Origin: Tubulanus polymorphus
Taxonomy: Eukaryota; Animalia; Nemertea
Assembly: GCF_964204645.1 (NCBI RefSeq)
Contig: NC_134032.1
Coordinates: forward strand, 9,846,275 to 9,910,274
Direction: 5' to 3'
Length of the DNA stretch: 64,000 nt
Below are positions 52,960 through 64,000 of this stretch, one piece after another (position 1 is the first letter of the stretch; every line of letters begins with the position of its first letter). A program made the position numbers and the translations under genes. The notes below the pieces were generated by a model. That model ran no database searches, had not been told where the DNA came from, and was given only the letters and a program-made list of their open reading frames with translations.

Positions 52960-55620
52960 CAAACAGCTATAAACTTAAGTTATTGATTAGTTACTGATTG
53001 TATGATTATGTTGATGTTTTCGTAGCTGCCAGAAAAAAACATCAGAATACTTAGTATTCAATGCCAAGGTGCTTGGACATCTATAAGTCAGGGCAAAGTT
53101 GGCAAAAGTTTAGTTTTCTAGTGAAAGTAATGATTAGTTGATACTTAGATTCCAGAGTGAATCTGTATGTTCCATCTCTAGCTTTCTCTATGTTGGAGAC
53201 TGTTATTGTAACACATAACGCATGTTTGGAAATTAGGAACTTGCATGATGATTCCTCGTTTAATAAGATATAATTGTTGTGTGAATAAAAAGATGTACAA
53301 TTCCATCATTCATGTTGAAACTTTTAAGTTGTTAATTTCTATAGCAACAATTCCACTGTGGTGCTTTTCAGTGGTTCATAAAATACTGATAGAATGGAAG
53401 AAGTAGTTTCTTGATAGGCTAACTTGAGGATACAGTGCTAATTGGTCAATTGTCCTAGCTTTGTTTTGATTATCAGTTTAACCGCATCTGTGTGGGGCCT
53501 GTAATATCTGGACAAGAAGAATTTCTGATCTTAGTATAAAGTTGTATTTATATCTACTATCAAGTTGAATAATACAAATTAAGAAGTTGCCGTAGCTTCG
53601 TCAGTCAAACCATATTTATGAAGATACTCGATTTATCTTTGATAATCACGAAGAAAAACCTTTATAATAGTTTGCAGGGTTTGATCTAAGGAATAAATGC
53701 CACTTGACCTTGGGGCAAGCATATGTAAAATCACTTGCCCCCTCAAAAATCAACTTGCCCTACATGAGTAGTCCGATTGAGACACAATCATCCCTTGCAT
53801 GGAGTGGGATAAAAGCTTTGAGATATAGAATTACACAAGCCCGGTGGACGAGTGATTGTGATAACCTACATGCCCTAATGAAAATATACTTGTCCTGGGC
53901 AATTGGACGAGTGCTTAAATCAGACCCTGCTTTGTTTCAAATGTAACATTTGTGAAATAAGCTAGTTGATAATTTAAGAAATCTCTCAGACGAGGAAATT
54001 TTTGGCAATGTTTTTAGTTTTCTTGTAATAACTAAGATTAATTAGTTTACCTTACGCTTTCCAGAGTGAGTGAATTTGTAGGTTTTATGTTGAACTGTTT
54101 ATTAAATAATTCATTTAGTGGGGTATAATTGTTGTGTAAGAATTAAATGATATACATGTTTCATCATTTATACTGTGATGCTCATCAATGGTTCATAAAA
54201 TACTACCGGTATTTTCATTAAGGCCCTTATGGAAAATTGAGTAGCAAAATAGAGGAGCAGTCTCTTGATAAATGAGGATATATGAACAGTATTAATCAGT
54301 AGATTATGCTAGCTATGGACTCTAAAACCATGGTTTAACAATATGGGTTCTGAATATCTGCACAAGAAGCACCTCAAAAAGTTAGTTGTTGAATCTAAAC
54401 CTAATTGTAGCAAAGCCATTAGTTATTAGTAATTGCCCTAGCTCTATTCAAATTGGCAGTTGAACAATATTTATATACTCGATTTATTTACTCTTGCGGA
54501 ATGCATAGAAGAGAATACCTCCAAAATACTTTGCATTGAATGTAACATTTGAGAAAATAACCAATTTGATAATGTCTTGAAACCTCTTAAAGACAAGGCA
54601 AAGGTGGCAAAACTAGCTATCTTGTAAAATAATGTTAATGAAAATTAGATCAAACTGTTTATTTAATCTAATCTTTAGCTTTCCAGATTGAATTTGTGGT
54701 TTTATCTCCGGTTATAATGTTTTTATGTTGGAGACTTTTTTGAAATACAGCTCACGTTTTTGTTAATGACTGAGGCACTTCCTCCAGTACATGAATACCT
54801 GTCATTTAGGTATGATTGTTGTTGTGGAGATAAAATGACATGTTCATGTCAATTGTTCATAAAACATTGATTTATTATGGTCCTATCGAATAAAGTTAAC
54901 CTTTTTCTTGATAAATGAGATGTCCTCAATCGATGTCATTTGAAAAGTTGACATGATAGATTCATATTTCATGAAATATAACAAAGTGTCGGTTATATTG
55001 ACCTCATGAATTGTCAAATTCATAATCTTAGACTTGTCCAATTTTCGGTTTTTTATGGATCAAAGTTTATAATTCTTTGTGTATTTTTGTTATTTTCCTA
55101 TTGATGCAAATTGTATAAATCAGCTGTAGTGGAAATGTATGTAGATAAAGACTTCTAAATACCTTACATGTAACTTTGTTTTAAGTTAGTACAATTTCAT
55201 ACATAGTAATAGAAATAAAATTACTATTAAAATTTGAGAAAATAAGCTAAAAGTTAATAATATGATATGTGAAAATAAAATGATGTAAGAATGTAAATCA
55301 GATTGATTACTTAATCCTACGCTTTCCAGAGTATTTGGCCAGGTTTATCTCTGGTTTTAGTGCGGGGAGCCATGGACTCTTACAGTTTAAGAGTCCATGG
55401 TTGTGGGCCATAGACGTTTCTGTCTTAGAGTCTATGGTTGGACCATGGGCGTATATAAGCTCTTGTTTATAGTTTATACGCCTATGGTGGTTGGACTAGT
55501 TGTTTTTTGAAAGTCCGTGTTTGAGGAGCTTACATTAAAATTCCTCGAGCACAAACCTGGCATTTTGTATAATTGTTGTATGAGAATAAATATGATTGAT
55601 TTTGAAATTTGTCATTCGTT
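52960..55620 (-). repeat. Old degenerate repeat field containing the reverse complement of the 27.3-30.1 kb unit
   Basis: 53440-53520 and 54340-54470 reverse-complement to gtt.aactga.aat...agctagg.caatt and cttcttgt.cagatatt. A longer unit (ttccagagt...gtataattgttgt) recurs at ~53150, 54057, 54680 and 55320. Confidence 0.55.
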
Positions 55621-55634
55621 TAGTTAAGCAAGAA

Positions 55635-55841
55635 GTGTTACTAAAACGAAGCACTACTAAAAACGAAGACTATATGCACCCGAGAAAACCGACCAGGCAA
55701 TTTACGTTTCCGGCAGAGGTGGTACAGAGCGCCCCAAGTGATGATTTCGAGTATCTTCGGACTTCTTTTTAGTCATGTATAGTTCTAATACCCCAAAGTG
55801 CATAGGTCTTCGTTTTAGTAGCGCATAGTTTTTAGTAACAC
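55635..55841. mobile_element. MITE
   Basis: Long imperfect TIRs GTGTTACTAAAA...CTACTAAAA(A)CGAAGAC and GTCTTCGTTTTAGTAG...TTTTAGTAACAC. Confidence 0.7.
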
Positions 55842-56932
55842 CCCCATTTCACTGCCCTGCTATTAGATTAACTGCTTTTCACGGCCGGCCCGTGAATCAT
55901 TTTTGGAACCCAGGGCCACCTTAGGTTATCTGAGTTAGTCGACTATAGTCGAACTAAACGAAACCGAATGTCCGTTAGTCGGAACTGTATTCCGGAAAGT
56001 TCGAAAATCAAGCGCATTCGGTTATTAGTTCCGACCACTAGCCGACTAGATACGAAAACCGAATTTAGCCTCGAAGTGTCTTGATTTACTTTCCATGGAC
56101 CGCTTTAAAGTCGATTTTTACACCAATGAAGGAAGAAACTCGACCAAAACTATCAAGTAACGCTTCTGCGGGCACCTGTACTACGTGTGGCCTAGTTTCG
56201 CTTTCGATGAGACGCCATTTTAACCTGGAAGTAACTCGATATTTTTACATGCATCGAAAATGTAAAATGGAGGATGGGATTAACCGGTCTCTAACAGTCT
56301 AGTTTTTAATACATACTCTAATGGACGTTCGTAATGAAAGACGTGGAATAACTGAACGTGCACATCCTGTTTTCAAAACATATTCCTTGAAGCCCCCCTC
56401 GTCTCTATCTATCGTCACCTTCAAAAACATTTTAACATGATCACACACCTACGTACTCTCCAATATCTTCTCGTTAAACGCGTAAAATGGATACGGGTAG
56501 ATATAATTTGTCGAAAGTTAGGAATTGCTTTAAACTTTTTGTAGGATAAATGGGGCAAACCCTGGCAATTTTAAGTTCAGAAGGAGGCTGGTTGAATATA
56601 TACGTATATATTTTATCAAATTGATAATTTGTTCACTATTTTTTTTCGTGAAAATACGTATAATCAATAGCAACCCTCAGCTGAATACCAGAGAATTTAT
56701 TGACTATGCGCCATCGATTTATTTCGGGTTCATTGGAAAAAAATAAGAAATTTTCGCGTAGCGGGAAGAAGCCGCAGGCTAGCCGAACCGTCCTTAATCC
56801 GCATCCTATATCCATATCACTTTACAAAATGGCAAAACTATATCTCCATAATTGGTAACGACATACCACGATACGGTATAGATTTACATAATTTGTACGC
56901 GTTAAACTAAGCGATCATTGGCTCGCTCGATA

Positions 56933-57982
56933 ATGTCGTCTGCCGCAGCTCACAATACATCTTACGTTCCGTGTGCAAAAACTTTACCTATACGATCAGT
57001 TTATATCGACGAGTTTTACGTAAACGCGATTTACTACGGCGCGTTATCGCTGGTGGGAATCGTCTCGAATATTCTCATAATCGCCACGATCGAACGTTAC
57101 ATGAAACTGAAATCGTATTACGTCTGCAAATTAGTAGCTTGTTTCGATTTATCGTTTCTCGTATCGTTCGCGTTTTTGTACCCGATCCATCAAATATACG
57201 TTTACGCGACTTTGGGTGACGTTATGTTTCGTTTTTACGGATTCAAATTCGGAGGTTGGATAAAGTACATATTTTCTTATACATTTATGTGGCTACAAGC
57301 GTCGCGGAATTGGTCGATTGTTTTACTCAGTTTGGATCGATTGATAGTGATTTCTTTTCCGTTGCGCGCCGCGCGATTTTGGACAAAAAATAAACAACTT
57401 TCGGTCGTAGTTTCGATAACCGTTTTATGCGCCGTCGCAAACTTGCATTACGTAATAATCGACACATATCCGAGTCGTTATCGCTGGCCTTGTCTTAGAT
57501 TAAACATTCGTGTCTTTACCGAATACAGTGGTTATGTACTATACGAATATACAGATTTTATCCGACGATTACTGGATAACTACGACTCTTTTGCCTACAT
57601 ATGTATAACTTCAATATTTCCATGTTGCGTTTTAATAGTCGTTAATCTTCTGTTAATTTTCGTTTTATATCGAGCCACCGTAGCCAGACGATCTCTTCGT
57701 CGAACCGATTCCGTCGCCCAGACGAACGTTATCGATCTCCGCGTCCTGAGGAATGTCATCGCGCTCGTTTTGTTTTTCCTAATCTGTGAAATCCCGGCCA
57801 CAATGCCGAGACTTTTTATATTAAGCGGTTTCGTAATACACGACAGCGCAACACTGTTTATATTCTATCAAGTCGCTCTCACTTCAACAGTGTTAAATTC
57901 AGTCGGTAATTTTTTCATTCTGATTTCTACCGATAGTAAATTCCGAAGAAGTGCGCGATGCGCCACCAAATTGAATAACTAA
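56933..57982 (+). CDS. Intronless class A (rhodopsin-like) GPCR, 349 aa, peptide-receptor-like (FMRFamide/sex-peptide receptor-like clade)
   Basis: Seven hydrophobic segments: TM1 GIVSN, TM2 LVACFD, TM3 NWSIVLLSLDRLIVISFPLRA, TM5 IFP...N, TM6 FLICEIP, TM7 NSVGNFFI, helix 8 KFR. N-glycosylation site NTS near the N-terminus. First ATG at 56933. Confidence 0.9.
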   Translation: MSSAAAHNTSYVPCAKTLPIRSVYIDEFYVNAIYYGALSLVGIVSNILIIATIERYMKLKSYYVCKLVACFDLSFLVSFAFLYPIHQIYVYATLGDVMFRFYGFKFGGWIKYIFSYTFMWLQASRNWSIVLLSLDRLIVISFPLRAARFWTKNKQLSVVVSITVLCAVANLHYVIIDTYPSRYRWPCLRLNIRVFTEYSGYVLYEYTDFIRRLLDNYDSFAYICITSIFPCCVLIVVNLLLIFVLYRATVARRSLRRTDSVAQTNVIDLRVLRNVIALVLFFLICEIPATMPRLFILSGFVIHDSATLFIFYQVALTSTVLNSVGNFFILISTDSKFRRSARCATKLNN

Positions 57983-59492
57983 AAATATGGGACATTTCAA
58001 AACAATGCTTTATCGCGCAAACATCTAAAATCACATATCATCTCCAACTAGAATATGAACGTAATTTGCAAAAACCCAACCTGTTTCAACAACTCACAAT
58101 TTACCAATACATTAATGAATGAATTTATTTATTTTTCTTTTTACATGTATCTGATAATATGGATTTAAGCGATATGATCCGTGCCAATTTGACCCGGGCC
58201 AAATGGTATCCGTGCGATCGCGACTATTGTCTTCAATTTGTGTTAAATTTACGATGATCCTTTTTTGTGTGAAAGTGGCATCGGCTTCAATCCGCTAAAA
58301 GAAAGATTAATGGCAAAAGTACTTCGAAAATGCATTTTTTCGACCAAGATGCAACATGCAGTTATCATACGATAGTATGTCAGTGTTGACCAATGGGTAA
58401 GAAATGAAGCCTATTAATCGTACTGTTGTCACATGTCATTGCGTCCATCATGTCTGATTATCATACCCAGCACTACACCGCACCGATCCCTTATATTCAT
58501 TAATTGATAGCACGGCTCGACGCTGGCCCATCTTTTTACGCATTACCACGAAGTCCGACACAATTCTATTCGTAAAATGTGGACGCGTATATAGATATGA
58601 AGCCACCAGTTCAGAGATAAGAACCAATCGCATGACTGGACCGCACTATAGCTCAGTCCACTATACCGACCACGACAACCTGCAGACATGCCACTCTCTC
58701 CCCGCTTCTAAAACACCGAGAAATTCAACTTCAGAAAAATAACTTTGACGCAAAACGTAAGTAATTTATCAAAATATTGTTAATATAGTAACTGTCATTG
58801 ACTCTGCTGAATTTGGCGGTTGGGTTTAGAACCAGTTTCTAGACTTATTTATGATATTAAGGTGTCCAGCTTAAGCCAGTGAAATTCAAATTTCCTCGAT
58901 AATAATCCGAACAAATCAGTCCAGATCGAATTACTATAATGAGTGTTTGAATTACGTTCCGTGGTGAGACCTCGGTTAAGTCTGAGGTCAACAGTATCAC
59001 CGTGGACTTACCTAATGGAGATAATTTTCACGTCTCACTCATAATTTACTATACTATTATCTATTTTACTACTCTCGAGATAAGTAAGTTATAAGTTGAA
59101 CGTCGAAATACACAGGCCTAGACACGGTTCCGTATTTAATTCGGATTCGAAAAAGAAATGGATACATTCACCTGTATTTGTGACGTTTACCCGCCACTGT
59201 GTCGGTATATACCGCAACAATATAGCAACTAAGAAAATTTATGAATCTTTTTACATCGCAAGATGCAAACATCTTAAGGAAGATCTCTCGCAAAAAATTA
59301 TATAGTATAATCGTAAGTATAATTTCTTGAGCAATGAATTTCAATCTGAATCTGAATCTGAATCTATGGAGCCACCTGGTCCCTGGCATTCTAGTCTATT
59401 TTCCTACAATAATTTACTAGATCCATATTTGATTTTTATGTCTTCTATTTTTGTATTTTAGCATATCATCACTCAGTTTTTTTGTTCAATTT

Positions 59493-59570
59493 CGGGTTTG
59501 GGAAGGGGTCTGGTGCGGGATGGGGAAGGGTGTTGGCGGGGGTTGGGTGTTTGGTGGGATGGAACTGGAT
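59493..59570 (+). other. G-rich tract with G-quadruplex potential
   Basis: Nine runs of three or more G with short loops. Confidence 0.5.
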
Positions 59571-60987
59571 AGGAACGGGTCTGCGAAAGGCGGTGTGGTA
59601 CCCAAGGCGTCATATATAAATATACATAGTACTTTCTAGAAAGATTGACAATTGTTCATTATAGACGTTGATAAGAAAGCGCATAAACTTGGTTTTTGTT
59701 AATAAGTCTGCAAAAACTTCATACTACGTCGAGCCCGCGACTGCCTGGGCATACTGCTTTACATCAGTGGCCCTTGCCACTGTACCTGTCCTTAAATTCA
59801 ATTTAGGTTCTAACAAAGGAATCGTGCACGGCCCTCGAACGAGTTAAAAGACACCGATGTCAAATATTGGTTGAACTGATGAATTATTTGACAATTCAAT
59901 CCATTTTGACTCCGATGCACCCCATCGATTGAGCACATCTTCAATCTTCATTGAAGTTATTTCCTGAAATATAATGTAAATTGCAGAAAATTTCTCATGA
60001 AAACTTCAGAAAAGGGCCGCAATAAGTGCAATTAATTCAGGACAAATGACAACGAATTTAGATAGAATTGACACTCATTTAGAATGCAAAAATCCGTTTT
60101 AATGGAAGAAATAATCATTGATATTCAATCATCATTTTTCAACTGGATTCAATTTCGACCAGCGAAGGCAAATAACGAGTTGATGTCCGGTGTATGTGAA
60201 ACCGTATACATATATCATTTTCTCCAGATATTGTACGAAAATGTTTTCACGATGTATTTATCTGTAACATTTCAATTAGTTTTCAAATCTCAACAGTTAC
60301 AATCTGAAGTCAGATCTTGAGTTAGATCTGAACTCAAAACTGTGGAACTGGGTCGTCCCTCTTTTTAATGTTAACTTTTCAGAATTGGAGAGCATCTCTT
60401 TGGCTCATTATTACGTTCTCTAATGTTTCTTTTCTTTTTAACTGACGCTAAAGGTGCAGTGACTCAAAACTCGAGATGGATTTTGGAATTGACTGGAAGC
60501 AAGACTCTAGAATGACCTCGCTGATGTGGCCGCTGATATAAAATTTGAAATAGTTTTCGCAGGTTAGTGGAAAAAAAAAATCATTGAAAAATGAATATCT
60601 ACGGGTCGCGTATAGTTGAACAGATTTTAACATTCTTACGTACCATTTTGGACTTAGTTTAAGTCAAGAGTAAAATGCGGAACTGGAATCGACGATTGAA
60701 ATTCTAGAAGTTCAAATTCTAGTTCTAGGATGGAACAGCGCATCCTTCCGATCGCTTTGAAAATCTTCACCGACGAATCATAAGCAATTGAACCAGATCA
60801 TTGATATATTTACTCGCAGTTTTATTGAATTAAATTTAATTATAACACAAGATTTGACAACTGAGTTACAAATATAGATTCAATTCGTACAGGAGGCAGT
60901 CAGTCGGTCAGACTGATTTGGTTTCATAATCGAATATTTTCCATACCACCACAAGTATATTCAATTATAAACCCTTATCACCAACGA

Positions 60988-61452
60988 TTAGCCGCAACAA
61001 AATCCAGTAGGACACCTGCCGCTACAACACTTCGCATTACTGTGACAGAACATGCCGTTTTCACTGCATTTTGCGCCTATATGTATTAAAAAAGCAAGTA
61101 ATTACAAATGGAATTTTGAAGTGAAACACTTTTCTACTTAATTGAACCCAACCAAGGATGTGGAGCGGTGATGATTCCGATGACGACAAGGATGATAGAT
61201 GCCCTCGTTCATGTCAGCCATTCAGACAACAAATGTATACAGGGTCTTAAATCTTAAGACTGATCTTACGTTATTAGATTGGCTATAGAAGCATGATAGT
61301 CTCAGACTGGTCTTAAGTATAAGCCATGACTGTGCAACTGCCCCCAGGAGTTTAGGAAATATCCCCAGTCGTTACTCACCTTGAGCAAAAGATGCGGCAC
61401 TGACCACAATCACAACAATAGCACATACGCGAGTCATTAAATAAGCGAACAT
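60988..61452 (-). CDS. Secreted ICK/knottin-type peptide, 53-aa precursor, 2 coding exons
   Basis: Exon 61452-61380 MFAYLMTRVCAIVVIVVSAASFAQ, donor G|GTGAGT. Exon 61076-60988 after a TTTTTTAATACATATAG acceptor gives GAKCSENGMFCHSNAKCCSGRCPTGFCCG*. Phases match (1/1). Upstream acceptor at 61462; AATAAA at 60826-60821. Confidence 0.88.
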
Positions 61453-61577
61453 TTTCAGCGCCTAGAATTTGAATTACATATGTTAGGAATTTGGCATAAT
61501 GGGGAATCCAAAATTCTGGTTATTCAACAGTTTCCAATAGGCTCTCAGTGAACGAACCTTTTGTCAAATAGTGTACC

Positions 61578-61675
61578 AGGTTTAGTTTAGTTAGTTTAGT
61601 GTAGTAGGGTTTTACGTCCCGACTGCAAGTTGCAGTGTAACCGTAGTGGGTCTTAAGAGACGGCCAGGGCCTTTT
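61578..61675 (-). mobile_element. SINE/LINE-like 3' end with simple-repeat tail
   Basis: Minus strand ...gtcgggacgtaaaaccctactacactaaactaactaaactaaac. Confidence 0.4.
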
Positions 61676-63913
61676 ATCGGTTGTTATGGCTCGCGCTTAG
61701 TACGTTAAAAGTAATGCTGGATCAGAAAAAAACTGATAATAGATACGTATAGTGCAAAGCAGCGATATTGCTGATTTGAATGCCGTACTGGCCTCCTCGA
61801 CAAAATTAGTCTCCTCAGTTCGTTGCAGTGATGATAGAAGTAATTCAGTGAATATTTGTTTGTAGCATTGAATTATTTTCATGTCAATTGTATAGCATAT
61901 ATACGCTGTGTATAGTCACGTGACTTTCTTTGGTGTAGTTTTTTCTGGTCTTGAGTGCAGGGCGGCCATTTCGCTTGTGTTTGGCATCACAAAAACACGG
62001 AAAAAGTTTCTGTCTCTCGTTTCCGAGTGTACTGGGTTTTATATTTTATAGATAATCATTAATAGTTCTTTAGACAATCATTCGGTTATGAGTTTTATGC
62101 AGCCTAGGCGAAAATCTGCATCGGTTACAATCTAGAAAAACAATAATCAACATTTTGGTATCACGATACGTATGTTATCTACTTACGGTTTTGCCTTCGT
62201 GTTAAAGTTCGGTTGTTGCATTCATTGAAGGAACCTTTATGTAGAAAATTCGCTCATCAATTTCACGCTTCTGATATTCAATACGATATTTATTTTTCTA
62301 TTCAACTACTTGAATGTGGAGTGGGAACTGGTGAAATACGAAACTATACCGTCTGATATGTTTTACTGTAAATTCAGGATTCAATATCATCTAGTTAACT
62401 AATGAAAGTATTCAACCATAAATGTTAGAATCTGAATTCAAAATCTTAATTTATCGCGAATTGAAATTATTGACTCCAATAGTTAACACATCAATTACAT
62501 TATTAACTACTTCCCGGTGCAACACGGACAACAATATAGCCTTTATCCGACATCAGCTCCACGGAACACGCAGAAGAAATACTTGTATCATTATATCTAT
62601 TCTCAATTCAAGTTGGCATCCAGATTTTATTTTCATTTGCCAGGTGAAACTAACAACTGTAGCAATCACTGGGTACCGGCCACATAGAAATAATAGGGCA
62701 TATACAAAGAATAAAAGAAAATTTCTTTGATAAAGCAGCCATGTCGAAGGCAACTGGTGGGGTCCCACCCTCTGTATTAGATTCCTGTGAGGAAAATACG
62801 TTCGAAAAATGGAGTTTTCTATAATATGACCAAATAGATCAAATTTGCAGGTTGTAGTGAAATCTGTCTTGATAAAAAGAGCAGCTAAATGGGGAAGGCA
62901 GGGGCCCGAACCCCAAGACCACCCTCTAAATTCATCATAGAATCTCCAACATCCTTTCCTACACTTTACTTTACCTTTACTACGTGAGATGTATGTATCC
63001 CATAATACATAGTCTAGATTTCACGATAACGATAATTATGTACGATTGGTTTGGATGAGGATACAGATATTCATTCTGAAATCATAAATAGCTCCTACGC
63101 ACCATGGACAACCCCTGGATTCTATCTGAGTTTACCAGTAGATAATTTATTTTCAAGCTATTCAATATTAGGAAAACCGGGCAATTTGGGATTCAGGCTT
63201 TCCGTACGTCACGGCGGTAATTCGCACCATTAACTAAAGAAATCATATTTCTAATATGCATTAATCGAAACATCCTTTCTCATTAACAACGTGATGATAT
63301 CGATATCAACGATATCAACTACCTTTATTTTACCTACTCTGAAGAAGATTAGTGAAATTCTACATACATTTCATCTGTATGTGTATATGACCGTATGATC
63401 GATTCAAATTTCTATTATTGAATGAACTGCGCTAACTGAAATAACATATGCCATTGTCTAGTGGATTATGAGTCATACGAAAAAAATTGATTAACTTAGT
63501 AATGACGTATAGAGTTTCCTCGCTGACGAATTCAAGTATACATTTCCTATATGAATGCATCCATGTGTGAAAATGTTAAACATTACCTATAAGACAAAAT
63601 CGAAGATGCCCTTATAAACTGTTGATACTGATATATAAATATTTATGTATATTCTTTTGGTAGCTTTGAAAATCTTTACCGAAGAATCATAAGCAGTTAA
63701 CAACCTGATCATTGATATATTTACTCGCAGTTTTATTGAATCGCTAATTATAACACGAGATTTGACAACTGAGTTACAACAAATATAGATTCAATTCGAG
63801 CTTTTTCTTAACGTACACGTCAGTCAGTCGGTCAGACTGGCTCTGTTTCTTAATCGGATATTTTCCATACCACCACAAGTATATATCCTATTATAAACCC
63901 TTATCACCAACGA

Positions 63914-64000
63914 TTAGCCGCAACAACATCCAGCAGGACACTTGCCGCTGCAACACTGAGCATGACTTCCACACAAATTGCCATTTTCTGTGCAACTTAG
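63914..64000 (-). CDS. Second ICK/knottin peptide paralog, mature-peptide exon (5' part outside the window)
   Basis: LSCTENGNLCGSHAQCCSGKCPAGCCCG*. The 3' UTR and downstream region 63663-63913 align closely with 60753-60987, including the poly(A) signal. Confidence 0.85.
   Translation of the reverse strand, partial: LSCTENGNLCGSHAQCCSGKCPAGCCCG

Noticed and set aside
59785-59963. Possible minus-strand exon (TTTCAG acceptor, EITSMKIEDVLNRWG...)
   Set aside because: Stops early in the frames checked, no recognisable family, and no partner exons found.

Overview
AT-rich, intron-containing animal genomic DNA, most likely a lophotrochozoan invertebrate (inference only). From left to right it holds: (1) a complete 13-exon NAPRT gene (+, 4451-16528, 545 aa) with two homologous alternative last exons, a probable leader exon with a uORF, and a promoter apparently shared with a divergent gene; (2) an intron-containing TXNL1 pseudogene (21.5-24.6 kb) whose lesions all lie in the 5' exons; (3) a weakly supported secreted-peptide precursor gene interrupted by inverted LINE tails (25.8-27.1 kb); (4) a ~20.7-kb array of ~85 monomers of 237-243 bp with higher-order duplications, each monomer shaped like an exon plus an 85-nt GT-AG intron, flanked by older degenerate repeats in opposite orientations; (5) an intronless rhodopsin-class GPCR (56933-57982); and (6) at least two tandem minus-strand genes, absent from the ORF track, for small secreted inhibitor-cystine-knot (ICK) peptides with unusual CC-G and CCC-G C-termini and fast-diverging mature regions. 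Many MITEs (Harbinger-, piggyBac- and hAT-like) and intronic minisatellites are also present. All gene models were assembled by hand from splice signals and recalled protein-family motifs; no searches were run.
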